Source of the DNA: an uncultured delta proteobacterium
GTDB lineage: Bacteria; Desulfobacterota; RBG-13-43-22
Assembly (NCBI GenBank): GCA_963843145.1
Contig: CAWJJC010000025.1
Coordinates: 1 to 64,000, forward strand
Reading direction: 5' to 3'
Length of the DNA: 64,000 bases
Below, piece by piece: positions 10,249 to 20,192 of the stretch. The notes below the pieces were generated by a model. The model did no database searches. It was not told the origin of the DNA and saw only the letters and a program-made list of their open reading frames with translations. Positions within the stretch are counted from its first letter, which is position 1. Every line of letters begins with the position of its first letter. The translations under genes and the position numbers were made by a program.

Positions 10249-11589
10249 ATGCCCCAAAAAATCCTTGGTATAATTCTCCTCCTGGCTCTGAGTCAGATCC
10301 TCTGGGCTCATTTTTCCTTTTCCGCGGAAATCGTCCGGAAAACCACCCTGGCCAACGGTTTGACCCTGGTGGTGGCGGAACGAAACCAGCTCCCCACCGT
10401 TCACCTGCAGGTCCTGCTGCGGGCCGGTTCCTCCGTGGACACCGTCAATCAGTTAGGCTTGGCCAACCTGACCGCGGAATTATTGTTGCAGGGGACGGCC
10501 ACCCAGGATGCCGCCCGAATCAGTCAGCGGATAGAATTCGTGGGCGGGTCTCTGTCCTCCGCCGCCGATCTCGATTTCACCTCTATCCAACTGGCGGTCC
10601 TGAAGAAAAATCTTCCCCTGGGAATGGAACTACTGGCCGATATTCTGCTGAACCCCCGATTCGCGGAACCGGAGGTGGCGCGAAAAATCGCCGAAATGAA
10701 GGCCCGGCTGAAACGGATGGAAGAGGAACCGCGGCTGATAGCCCAGTTGGCCTTTGCCCAGAGTCTATTCCGGGACCATCCCTATGCCCATCCGGTGGAA
10801 GGGTCGGTCACTACGCTGGACCGGTTGACCCGGGTCGATATCCAGCGTTTCTTTCAATCCTATTACCGGCCGAACAATGCCCTGGTGACCATCGTGGGGC
10901 AGATCAACCTGGAAGAGGCCGCCGCTTTCCTGGAAAAAGCCTTAGGCGGCTGGCAAGCCGCTCCGATTCAAAAACCAGCCCTAGCCCCCGCTCAAGGCCT
11001 GACCAGATCGGAAGTGGTTAAGATCGACCGTTCGAGCAGCCAGGCCAATATCCTTTGGGGCCATCTGGGAATAAAGCGCGACAATCCCGACTATTACACC
11101 CTGCTGGTCATGAACTATATCTTGGGGGGTGGAGGTTTTGTTTCCCGGCTGATGGATCAGATCCGGGATAATCTTGGTTTAACCTACGGTATTTATAGCC
11201 ATTTTGATGCTCGGGCCTTTCCCGGCGCTTTTGAAATTTCCCTCGAGACCAAAAACCGGAGCACCAATCAGGCCGTGACCGAGATCATGAAGGAATTAAA
11301 AAAATTCTTGGAGAACGGGGTCACCGCCACCGAACTGGCCGAGGCTAAGGCCTACCTGACCGGCAGCTTCCCGCTGCGAATGGATACCAACGCCAAGATG
11401 GTTAAAATGTTATCCGCCATGGAGTTTTACGGGTTAGGATTGGACTATCCCGAAAAATACCCGGAGCTGATCAATCGGGTTACCCAAGAGGAAATATGGC
11501 GGACGGCCCGTAAATACCTGCAGCCCGACAGGTTCCTGCTGGTGGTGGTGGGGGATCAGAAGGAAATTCAACTGAAGGAAATCTTTTAG
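10249..11589 (+). CDS. M16 family peptidase, inactive partner subunit
   Basis: LANGL; GLANLTAELL replaces HxxEH; glycine-rich ILGGGGFVSRL loop. Confidence 0.9.
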   Translation: MPQKILGIILLLALSQILWAHFSFSAEIVRKTTLANGLTLVVAERNQLPTVHLQVLLRAGSSVDTVNQLGLANLTAELLLQGTATQDAARISQRIEFVGGSLSSAADLDFTSIQLAVLKKNLPLGMELLADILLNPRFAEPEVARKIAEMKARLKRMEEEPRLIAQLAFAQSLFRDHPYAHPVEGSVTTLDRLTRVDIQRFFQSYYRPNNALVTIVGQINLEEAAAFLEKALGGWQAAPIQKPALAPAQGLTRSEVVKIDRSSSQANILWGHLGIKRDNPDYYTLLVMNYILGGGGFVSRLMDQIRDNLGLTYGIYSHFDARAFPGAFEISLETKNRSTNQAVTEIMKELKKFLENGVTATELAEAKAYLTGSFPLRMDTNAKMVKMLSAMEFYGLGLDYPEKYPELINRVTQEEIWRTARKYLQPDRFLLVVVGDQKEIQLKEIF

Positions 11590-12894
11590 CTACCGCGCTC
11601 CTCCCAGGTTATAATCCCGACCCAGCGTTCTCTCCAAACTGTAGCGGGCAACCCGGTAATCATAAAAGGACTGAATGTAATCATTTTCGGATTGAGTCCA
11701 AGAGACCCGGGCATCGGTGACCTCCAGCATGGTTCCCACACCGGCTTGGTACCTCCCCTCGGCCAAATCCAGGTTCTCCCGGGCTGTACGCAGCGCTTCC
11801 CGGGCCACCTCGATCTGTTTTCCGGCCAGTATCAGATTTAGATAGCCGCTTTCGACGGTGCTGAGTATTTGCAATTCCTGGTTCCGGGCATTGGCCTTGG
11901 CCTGACTCAGCACGGCCCGGTTCTCTTCAATTTTGGCCCGGGAGGCAAAACCGGAAAAAATAGGCACCGTCATTTGAACCCCCACGTTCCAGGAATTGTC
12001 GTACCCCCCCCCCGGATAATCCGAGCCGTTGCGCCCCCAATTGGCTGATGCATCCAACCGGGGCCAATAATCTCGCTCGGCCACCTTTACCTGGGCTTCC
12101 CAATATTGAATCAGGACGCGCAACCGATTCAAGGTGGGTTGACCGGACAAGGCCTCCTTTCTCAAATCCTCCAAATTCCACTGGACTCGATCGGCCTCCA
12201 AGTCATCCTTCAAGGTATAGTTGCGGGAAGAGTCCAGCCCTAAGGATTTCTGGAGATTGACCCGGCCTACCGATAAATCATTTTTGGCTTTCAGCAGGGC
12301 CTTTTGGGCCTGGATAAGCTGCAATTCCGCCTGAGTCACGTCGATCCTGGGTTTAAGCCCGACCTGGTAGAACCCCTGGGCCTGACGCAAAAATAATTGG
12401 GTGCGCTCCAATTCCTTTTCCCTGACTTTTTCCCCCCGGTCAGCCAGCAGCACGCCGTAGTAGCCCTGCCTTATTTCATCGATGACGCCGAGTCGGATAT
12501 CCTTCAAGTCCCAGCCATAGGCTTTCAGGTCTTCTTTTGCGGCCTGAACCTTGTACTCCCGCCGGCCGAAATCATAAATGTTTTGCGTCAAACCCAAGGA
12601 AACCAGGTACTGGTTATAATCGGAAGTGGCCGTTGACCTGGACGAAGCGTTCAAGTTGCCGTTATAACGGGTAGCATCTCCCTCCAGTGCCAGATTCGGA
12701 TAATAATCCGCTTGGAACTGGACCACCCGGGCCTTGGCCGCCTCAGCCGCCTTTTCCGCCGCAATGATTTTGGGATTCTGCTTTAATCCCAGTTCCAGAC
12801 AGTAGTTCAAATCCCACTCTTCCGCCCCGGCAGAGGTTTTTCCCAACAGAATCGACATAAAAACGCAGAGAACAATAAAACATCGTCCAACCAT
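11590..12894 (-). CDS. TolC family outer-membrane efflux protein
   Basis: Signal peptide, two OEP repeats (YYPNL, IYDFG, YQVG; YWPRL, PIFSG, YQAGVG). Confidence 0.9.
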   Translation of the reverse strand: MVGRCFIVLCVFMSILLGKTSAGAEEWDLNYCLELGLKQNPKIIAAEKAAEAAKARVVQFQADYYPNLALEGDATRYNGNLNASSRSTATSDYNQYLVSLGLTQNIYDFGRREYKVQAAKEDLKAYGWDLKDIRLGVIDEIRQGYYGVLLADRGEKVREKELERTQLFLRQAQGFYQVGLKPRIDVTQAELQLIQAQKALLKAKNDLSVGRVNLQKSLGLDSSRNYTLKDDLEADRVQWNLEDLRKEALSGQPTLNRLRVLIQYWEAQVKVAERDYWPRLDASANWGRNGSDYPGGGYDNSWNVGVQMTVPIFSGFASRAKIEENRAVLSQAKANARNQELQILSTVESGYLNLILAGKQIEVAREALRTARENLDLAEGRYQAGVGTMLEVTDARVSWTQSENDYIQSFYDYRVARYSLERTLGRDYNLGGAR

Positions 12895-13028
12895 TAGCTG
12901 CTCCTTAGTTGCCCACCTATTAGTACGAAAATAGAACCCGGCGCCACTCGGGCATTCATCAATAATTAATTCAGATTGCTTCTGTAGACCCTTTTTGACC
13001 CCAGGGGGTTAAATGGGCCCTGCTGATT

Positions 13029-14291
13029 TCAATCCTCCCTGGGCCGAACGGTCATCCCTTCTTCAATAACGGCTTCGGAATAATCCTCCTCTTTTAGATC
13101 GGGGAAGAGCAGGCAATTGCCTTTGACCACCAGACCCGGGGGGATGAAGGCCTTTTTCCCGATCAGCGTAATGCCTTCGGATAAATGGGCCGGAAATTCC
13201 CGGTTGGGGACCGCAGATCGGCCATCGATGCGGGCCTTTTCCCCAATGACCACCCTTTTGTCCAAAATCACCCGGTCCAGCAACGCTCCGGCGCCGATTT
13301 CTCCATCGTGCAGGATAATGGAATTGAGAACCTGCGCCCCCTTCTTCACCTTCACCCCGGGAGACAGGATCGATCCCTCCACCCGCCCCTCAATGACCAC
13401 CCCGGAGGAGAGAAAACTCCGACTGACCCGGGCCCCTCGGCGAATAACGATCGGCGGACGGTCCCCTCTCCTTCCCTCCTCATCCAGGTTGGTCTGAATC
13501 CCCCAAGCCTCGGGGTTCAGTCCGGACGCCGGGTCCAGGAGCTCCTGATGGGCCTCAAAGTAGAAGGCCAGAGTTCCCACGTCCCGCCAATACCCGGAGA
13601 AGGGGTAGGCGAACACCCGGTCTTGACCGATGGCCTGGGGAACGATATGATGTCCGAAATCAATGGCCTGCGTTTCAGTGAGGACCTTCAGGAGATATTC
13701 GGTCCGGAATACGTAAATCCCGGTGGAGGCCAAGTTGCTCTTAGCCTCCTTTGGTTTTTCTTCCCAATGAACGATCCGGCCCTTCCCGTCCTTTTGACCG
13801 ATACCGAAGTGCCTGACCTGATCCCAGGGGACCTGCATCATGGCCACCGTCACGTCGGCCCTATTTCGCCGGTGATAGGCGATCAGCGGATTATAGTCCA
13901 TAAAATAGATATGATCGCCGGAAACCACCAGTACCTGGTCGGTGCCAAAGCGCGTCAGGAAGTCCAGATTTTGGCGTAAGGCATCCGCCGTCCCTTTGTA
14001 CCAGTCGGAGTCCTTTTTGCCGGTCTGGGGGGGGAGGATGGTGATTCCCCGGGTACGCCCGGTCAGGTCCCAGGCGCGCCCGGAACCGATGTGGTTCATC
14101 AGGGAAAGGGGTTTATACTGGGTCAGTACCCCTACCCGTTCCAGTCCGGAATTCATGATGTTGCTCAAGGTGAAATCGATGATCCGGTAATTGCCGCCGA
14201 AAGGTACCGCCGGTTTGGCCCGGGCCGAAACCAGGAGACTCAGGCGGCTCCCGACACCTCCGGCCAGCAGCATGACCAAGGTAGCGCTCAT
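13029..14291 (-). CDS. glgC: Glucose-1-phosphate adenylyltransferase
   Basis: LAGGVGSRL, RAKPAVPFGG, WYKGTADA, SGDHIY, EEKP, YWRDVGT, C-terminal beta-helix. Confidence 0.92.
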   Translation of the reverse strand: MSATLVMLLAGGVGSRLSLLVSARAKPAVPFGGNYRIIDFTLSNIMNSGLERVGVLTQYKPLSLMNHIGSGRAWDLTGRTRGITILPPQTGKKDSDWYKGTADALRQNLDFLTRFGTDQVLVVSGDHIYFMDYNPLIAYHRRNRADVTVAMMQVPWDQVRHFGIGQKDGKGRIVHWEEKPKEAKSNLASTGIYVFRTEYLLKVLTETQAIDFGHHIVPQAIGQDRVFAYPFSGYWRDVGTLAFYFEAHQELLDPASGLNPEAWGIQTNLDEEGRRGDRPPIVIRRGARVSRSFLSSGVVIEGRVEGSILSPGVKVKKGAQVLNSIILHDGEIGAGALLDRVILDKRVVIGEKARIDGRSAVPNREFPAHLSEGITLIGKKAFIPPGLVVKGNCLLFPDLKEEDYSEAVIEEGMTVRPRED

Positions 14292-15568
14292 TGCAGGACC
14301 TCCCCCGAGGATAGGCTGGTGCCGGGGAAGTCCTTCCGGTCCAGATGCGGATAAAGAAGACAGTTGGCCCCGATTGTGGTCTGAGCCGGGACATCGGTGT
14401 TATGACCGATCAAAGTCAGGCCCGAATAAAGCAACCCGGGATGGATCCGGTTGGGAACCAGATCGTCTTTTCCGCCTACCCGGCTTCCCTCGCCGATGGA
14501 CACCCGCTTATCGGTGATCACTTTATAGAGACGGGCCCCGGCTTCCACCCGGGTGTCGTAAAGGAGAATGGAATCCTCCACCACGGCTCCCGGCTCAACG
14601 ATCACCCCCGGGAAGAGCACGCTCCGTCGGACCTGCCCCTCCACCTCGCATCCCGGGGTCAGGATGACCTGGGAAAGCCGGGCCCGGGGGCCGACCCGGA
14701 CGGGTTGCCGTTCGGCGATCCTTTCGTGCTCCAGGTTGGTACGGATTTGCCATTCGGGCAGCCGGATCTTGGGACGCTGGACCAGCAGGTCCATATGAGT
14801 TTGCCAGTATTCTTCCAGCGTTCGGGTGTATCCCCAGTACCCGTTAAAACGATAGCCGAAAACCCGATAGTGGTGAACCATTTCGGGAAGAATATCCCTC
14901 CCGAACTCCAGCCGGGGACTTCCACCCTCAGGAGTTTTGAGGACCTCGAAGAGGACCTGCGGTTTAAAAAGATAGATGGTTAAGGAGGCCCAGGGAGAAA
15001 TCGGTTGGGCGGGTTTTTCCCGGTATTCCCGCAGCCGGCCTCCAGGATGGCCGCTTTTGGCCTCGATCAACCCCAAACCAAAACGAGGGGCCTCGGTCAA
15101 GGGAACTTTAACGAATCCGACCGTCAGATCCGCTTTTTGAGCCAAGTGAAAATGAATCAGTTCCTGGTAGTCCATCTGGTAAATATGATCCCCCGAAAGA
15201 ATGAGTACCAGATCGGGTTCGTTTTCGACGATGAATTCCATGTTTTGAGCCACGGCATCCGCCGTCCCTCGGTACCATTCGCATCCTTTCCCCCCGGAAG
15301 AGGGGGGAAGCAGGCTTACTTTCCGATGACGCCCGACCATATCCCAGGACTCCCCATTGCCGATGTGCGTAATGAGCGAGGTGGATTGGTACTGGGAGAG
15401 GATTCCCACCCGGCCGATCCGGGAGTGCATCAGATTGCTCAGGGCAAAGTCGATCACCCGATAAAGTCCCCCAAAGGGGACTGCGGATTTTGGACGATCC
15501 AGGGTCAGGAGGGAAAGCTCATCCACCCGACCGGCGGCTAAAATGAGGGCCTGAATATTGGGCATCAT
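14288..15568 (-). CDS. GlgC paralog with degenerate motifs (GlgD-like subunit)
   Basis: KSAVPFGG, WYRGTADA and SGDHIY kept; LAAGRVDEL replaces GGxGxRL and YWGYTRT replaces YWRDVGT; 4-nt overlap with glgC. Confidence 0.8.
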   Translation of the reverse strand: MMPNIQALILAAGRVDELSLLTLDRPKSAVPFGGLYRVIDFALSNLMHSRIGRVGILSQYQSTSLITHIGNGESWDMVGRHRKVSLLPPSSGGKGCEWYRGTADAVAQNMEFIVENEPDLVLILSGDHIYQMDYQELIHFHLAQKADLTVGFVKVPLTEAPRFGLGLIEAKSGHPGGRLREYREKPAQPISPWASLTIYLFKPQVLFEVLKTPEGGSPRLEFGRDILPEMVHHYRVFGYRFNGYWGYTRTLEEYWQTHMDLLVQRPKIRLPEWQIRTNLEHERIAERQPVRVGPRARLSQVILTPGCEVEGQVRRSVLFPGVIVEPGAVVEDSILLYDTRVEAGARLYKVITDKRVSIGEGSRVGGKDDLVPNRIHPGLLYSGLTLIGHNTDVPAQTTIGANCLLYPHLDRKDFPGTSLSSGEVLQ

Positions 15569-15688
15569 GGATCCTTTACGGCTAAAGGTCTTTTTTCATT
15601 TTTTTCGAGGTCATCAAAAATAGTTTTGAAAAATTATAAAAACTATGTTGAATATAGCAATATAAAAAAGGAAAAGAAAACTTAATTT

Positions 15689-18304
15689 ATGTTTAAAATA
15701 CTCGATATTTTCCGAAAGAGCAAAGGCGGCAGCCGTTTTTCGGCCGAGAAAGGCTTTCTGCTCCACAAATACGATCATTTCAAGCAAGTCTTGACCGGAA
15801 ACAACCGGGCCCTGGAAATCATCACCGATCTGGAGCATCTATTCTACGAAGACCGGCCCTTTACCCTGGGAACCCTGCGGGAACAATCCCGGCAACTGCT
15901 GGACGTGGTCTGTGAAATCATCGAGGACCTGAACGCTTTGGCCCGGGGGAAGTACCCCGACCTCTTTGAGGCCCTGGAACGGGTGGGGGGAGAGATCCTC
16001 CCGGAATTAGATGTCCGGAAAAAAATCAACCCGACCCCCCTGGTCCTCCCTCTGGAAAAAATCGGGAAGGCTGAAGTCCCGGCGGTGGGCGGCAAGGCGG
16101 CTAACTTAGGGGAAATCCTCAACCGGGTGCGATTGCCCGTACCCGAGGGATTTGCCGTAACGGCCTATGCCTGTCAGTATTTTTTGGAACACCAGGACCT
16201 GCGGCAGTGGATTGACGAACAACTGCAGGGTCTGGACATCAATGACACCGAAACCTTGCTGAAGCGCAGCGAAACGGTGAAGCAAAAAATCCTCGAGACC
16301 CCCCTGCCGCCGGATTTGGAACAGGGGATCCTCGCGGCCCAGGAAACCCTGGAAGGCCGTTTCGGTTCCGGGGTCCGCTTGGCGGTTCGGAGCAGCGCCA
16401 CCAGCGAGGATTCCGAGGTCAGTTTTGCCGGGCAGCATTCAACCGTCCTGAACGTCACCCGCGAAAATCTGCTCCAGGCCTATAAGAAAGTGGTGGCCAG
16501 CACCTTCAATCCCCGGGCCATCTTCTACCGGCAGAGCAAAGGCTATTCCGACCAGGACGTCCTGATGAGTGTCGTTTGTATTCGCATGATTGAAGCGCTG
16601 GCCAGCGGGGTCATGTACACCGTGGACCCCAACAACCGCAACCATGAGGTCTTCATGGTCAGCGCCCTCTGGGGTTTGGGCCTCAGCGCTGTCGACGGAT
16701 CACAGCCTACGGATTTTTATCAGGTTGAAAAAAAGAAACGGCAAATCGAAATCAAAGAGCTGGCCCGAAAACCAACCCGGCTGCGCTCCCGGCCGGGGGC
16801 CGGGCTTCAGGAAGAAAGGGTGCCGGACGACCTGGTGGATCGGTCCTGCCTGAGCGACGCGCAATTGCAACTCCTGGTCCATTACGGATCAAAACTGGAA
16901 AACCATTACGGGCTCCCTCTGGATATTGAATGGACCCTTGACCCGGACGGTAAGATCTATGTGCTGCAGGCCCGTCCCCTGGGCTTTACCCGCCAGGAAA
17001 GCCCGTCGACGGAAGAGCCCCTGGCCCCCGTTCTGGAAAATTATCCGGTACTCTTGAGGGGAGGAGCTTCGGCGGCCGACGGCGTGGCCAGCGGCCCGGC
17101 CTATGTCCTAAAATCGGATCATAACCTTCCCAGCGTCCCGGAAGGGGTTATTTTAATCGCCCGGCAAACTTCCCCCCGCTACGTACCGATCATCGGGCGG
17201 GTGCGGGCCATCGTGACCGATATCGGCAGTGTCACCGGCCATATGGCCTCGGTGGCCAGGGAATTTCGGATTCCCACCTTGGTGGGCACCGGTCAAGCCA
17301 CCGAACGGATTCCTCCGGGGCAGGTCATTACCGTGGACGCCCGCAACCGGATCGTCTACCAGGGACGGGTGGAGGAACTGATCCAAAACCGGCCGGCCTT
17401 GAATCCCCTGAGAGGCAGTCCGGCTTACCAGATTATGGAACGCGTCTTAAAAAAGATCGCCCCCTTGCATCTGGTCGACCCTCAGCAGGAAAATTTCAAC
17501 CCCGGCGGCTGCAAGACCATTCACGACCTGATCCGCTTCGTCCACGAAATGGCTATGCAGGAAATGTTTCAAATCGGCGAAGACCTGGAACCGGGCCCCG
17601 GTATCGCGGTCCGCTTCCGCTCCCGCTTGCCCTTGAATTTGTATGTGATCGACCTGGGAGGCGGACTGGCGTCCGATTCGGAGGCCCGGGAAGTGAGGCT
17701 GGAAAATATCACCTCCATCCCCTTCCAGGCCTTGCTCCAGGGGATGACGCATGAAGGGGTGGAATGGCTGGGACAGAATAAGATGGACTGGGGGGGCTTT
17801 GGCTCCATCTTGATGGAATCCATCCTCAGGGACCCCGAAAAAGAGGGTGAAATGGGGGGAATCAGCTACGCCGTCATCTCGGCCAAATACCTGAATTTCA
17901 GTTCCCGCCTGGGTTACCACTTTGCCACCCTGGATACCTATTGCGGCCAGAATATCAACAACAATTACATTACCTTTTATTTTAAAGGCGGGGCGGCGGA
18001 TATCGAACGACGAACCCGCCGGGCCATTCTGGTGGCCGCGATCCTCAAACGCCTGGGTTTTATGGTGGAACAAAAGGGCGATATGATTCGGGGCCAGCTT
18101 AAAAAACACGACCAAAATTTGATCCGGGAAAAACTGGACCTGCTCGGCCGGCTCATGGGCTCCGTACGCCTGCTGGACATGGTTCTGTCCGATGACCGGA
18201 AAATCGACTGGTTTGTGGAGGAATTTTTTAAGGGAAATTATACTTTCCAGCCGCCGGCCTCGACCGGGTCTCCGCCGGCGGAAACCCAAAACAAACCTCA
18301 ATGA
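15689..18304 (+). CDS. PEP/pyruvate-binding (PPS/PPDK N-terminal ATP-grasp + phospho-His swivel) dikinase-like protein
   Basis: VGGKAANLGE, AVRSSA..ED...SFAGQH, DIEW...LQARPL, TGHMASVAREF; the C-terminal domain is not the PPS TIM barrel. Confidence 0.88.
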   Translation: MFKILDIFRKSKGGSRFSAEKGFLLHKYDHFKQVLTGNNRALEIITDLEHLFYEDRPFTLGTLREQSRQLLDVVCEIIEDLNALARGKYPDLFEALERVGGEILPELDVRKKINPTPLVLPLEKIGKAEVPAVGGKAANLGEILNRVRLPVPEGFAVTAYACQYFLEHQDLRQWIDEQLQGLDINDTETLLKRSETVKQKILETPLPPDLEQGILAAQETLEGRFGSGVRLAVRSSATSEDSEVSFAGQHSTVLNVTRENLLQAYKKVVASTFNPRAIFYRQSKGYSDQDVLMSVVCIRMIEALASGVMYTVDPNNRNHEVFMVSALWGLGLSAVDGSQPTDFYQVEKKKRQIEIKELARKPTRLRSRPGAGLQEERVPDDLVDRSCLSDAQLQLLVHYGSKLENHYGLPLDIEWTLDPDGKIYVLQARPLGFTRQESPSTEEPLAPVLENYPVLLRGGASAADGVASGPAYVLKSDHNLPSVPEGVILIARQTSPRYVPIIGRVRAIVTDIGSVTGHMASVAREFRIPTLVGTGQATERIPPGQVITVDARNRIVYQGRVEELIQNRPALNPLRGSPAYQIMERVLKKIAPLHLVDPQQENFNPGGCKTIHDLIRFVHEMAMQEMFQIGEDLEPGPGIAVRFRSRLPLNLYVIDLGGGLASDSEAREVRLENITSIPFQALLQGMTHEGVEWLGQNKMDWGGFGSILMESILRDPEKEGEMGGISYAVISAKYLNFSSRLGYHFATLDTYCGQNINNNYITFYFKGGAADIERRTRRAILVAAILKRLGFMVEQKGDMIRGQLKKHDQNLIREKLDLLGRLMGSVRLLDMVLSDDRKIDWFVEEFFKGNYTFQPPASTGSPPAETQNKPQ

Positions 18305-18338
18305 CCTCGATTGTGGTTTGCAGGATATCCCCCGTTCT

Positions 18339-18437
18339 GTCATTGCGAGGGGTGAAACGACGAAGCAATCTCTTCTCCGGGCTTCTTGAACCAGCAGATG
18401 CCTAACCGGGAGATTGCTTCGCTTTGCTCGCAATGAC
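18339..18437. repeat. REP/RPE-like palindromic element
   Basis: GTCATTGCGAG...CGAAGCAATCTC ... GAGATTGCTTCG...CTCGCAATGAC nested inverted repeats. Confidence 0.8.
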
Positions 18438-18500
18438 GGGCTTTTCTAATTTTGTTGCAACCATCATTTTTGGTTTCTCCATTTTGAAAGGGCACCGATC

Positions 18501-19517
18501 GTGCTCAATTATATCTGGCTGGCCCTGATTCTCTTGGGTAGTTTATTGGCCATCGGAAAAGATACGGTCGACCTGGCCGTCAATCGTTTCCGGAACGGAC
18601 AGGAACTGGCCATTTCCCTGGAATTCAGCCCACCCTTTTCCGAGGCGCTCTCCCGACCCGCTCCCATCTCGGGCACTTTCTCCATCGACCCTCAGGTTTT
18701 CCAGAAATTCTATGGCCGACCCCTCCCCGGCGGCGGTCCCCTGCGGCAACGGGCCGAGCTCACGCCCCTCCGTCCCGGCCACGGGAGGCTGCGGATTATC
18801 CCCAATGCCCAAACCCCGGCGCTCTGGAAAGAAATTCAAAAGGCCCAAAACGACCCGGAGGGTCTCTGGGCCCGGGTCCGCTGGGAGCCGTCCCGAGCCC
18901 CGGCGGGTAGGGCCTGGCTGTCTTTTGACCCCGTCCGTTTTGCCACGGTCCAGGCCGTAACCCGGGAGGGAATCCTGCGTTATGCCCAGATCGCCGTAGA
19001 ACTGGCCATCGGTCTGATCGGCATCATGGCCCTCTGGCTGGGACTGATGAAAATTGCCGAGCGGTCCGGGTTGGTCTCCGCCCTGGCTCGCTCCCTGAAA
19101 TCGGTCATGACCCGGCTCTTTCCCGACGTACCGCCGGATCACCCGGCCATGGGAGCCATGATCATGAATATCGCGGCCAATATGCTCGGGCTGGGCAATG
19201 CGGCCACGCCCCTGGGACTGAAGGCCATGGAAGAACTGAACCGGCTCAATCAGAAAACGGGCACGGCCACCGATGCCATGTGCACCTTCCTGGTGATCAA
19301 TACCAGCAGCGTTCAGTTGATCCCGGCTACGGTGATCGCCATCCGGGCCGCCTCCGGGTCTGCCAATCCCACGGAGATCATCGGCCCGGTGATCCTGGCC
19401 ACGACGATCAGTACCGTGGTCGGACTCCTTACCGTTAAACTCTTGGCCCGCTGGTCTTTTTTTAGAAGACAGTTGGATCAAACCCCAGTGGAAACGAATC
19501 CTCAAGTTGGGAAGTAA
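18501..19517 (+). CDS. spmA: SpmA-like nucleoside-recognition (Gate) membrane protein
   Basis: MLNYIW, LWLGLMKIAE, NIAANMLGLGNAATPLGLKAM, INTSSVQLIP. Confidence 0.88.
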   Translation: MLNYIWLALILLGSLLAIGKDTVDLAVNRFRNGQELAISLEFSPPFSEALSRPAPISGTFSIDPQVFQKFYGRPLPGGGPLRQRAELTPLRPGHGRLRIIPNAQTPALWKEIQKAQNDPEGLWARVRWEPSRAPAGRAWLSFDPVRFATVQAVTREGILRYAQIAVELAIGLIGIMALWLGLMKIAERSGLVSALARSLKSVMTRLFPDVPPDHPAMGAMIMNIAANMLGLGNAATPLGLKAMEELNRLNQKTGTATDAMCTFLVINTSSVQLIPATVIAIRAASGSANPTEIIGPVILATTISTVVGLLTVKLLARWSFFRRQLDQTPVETNPQVGK

Positions 19518-19529
19518 AAGGTTCTGGAT

Positions 19530-20072
19530 ATGGACTTACTGGCTCAAATCATCGAAGTCCTTTCCCTGCTGGCCATCCCTTTGCTGGTGCTGGTCATCGT
19601 GATTCACGGAACCGTTAAAAAGGTTAAAATCTACGAAGCCTTTGTGGAAGGCGCCCGGGAGGGGTTCAACGTGGGGGTCCGGATTATCCCCTACCTGGTG
19701 GCCATGTTGGTGGCTATCGGCATCTTTCGGTCCGGCGGGGCCATGGACCTGTTGACGACGCTCCTTTCGCCCCTGACCCGCTGGATCGGCATGCCGGCCG
19801 AAACCCTGCCCATGGCCCTGATGCGCCCGCTATCGGGCAGTGGGGCCTTGGGAGTCATGGCGGAAACCCTCAAAGCCCAGGGACCGGATTCCCTGATCGG
19901 CCGAATGGTCTCGGTCATGATGGGCAGCGGGGAAACCACTTTTTATGTCCTGGCCGTTTATTTCGGCTCGGTGGGGATCACCCGGACCCGGCAGGCTGTA
20001 CCGGCCGGCATCGTAGCCGATGTAGTTGGAATCCTCACTTCGGTCTGGCTGGTGAACTGGATCTTTGGGTAA
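19530..20072 (+). CDS. spmB: SpmB-like membrane protein
   Basis: YEAFVEGAREG, RPLSGSGA, ETTFYVLAVYFGSV. Confidence 0.9.
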   Translation: MDLLAQIIEVLSLLAIPLLVLVIVIHGTVKKVKIYEAFVEGAREGFNVGVRIIPYLVAMLVAIGIFRSGGAMDLLTTLLSPLTRWIGMPAETLPMALMRPLSGSGALGVMAETLKAQGPDSLIGRMVSVMMGSGETTFYVLAVYFGSVGITRTRQAVPAGIVADVVGILTSVWLVNWIFG

Positions 20073-20157
20073 GCCGTACTCGGGAATGGAGCCCCCCGGT
20101 AATTAATAAACCCGCCCTGCCTTTTATCCTGCCCCGCCCCCCCGGTCCAAGTTTAAC

Positions 20158-20185
20158 TTGACAAAATGCGGCAATTTATTATGCT
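20158..20185 (+). promoter_or_regulatory. sigma70-type promoter, possibly leaderless transcript
   Basis: TTGACA-16 nt-TATGCT, 7 nt before ATG 20193. Confidence 0.5.
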
Positions 20186-20192
20186 TGAGGCC

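Noticed and set aside
18501-20072. Evidence of sporulation
   Set aside because: SpmA/B homologues occur in non-sporulating bacteria; no other spo genes are present and lptD indicates a diderm
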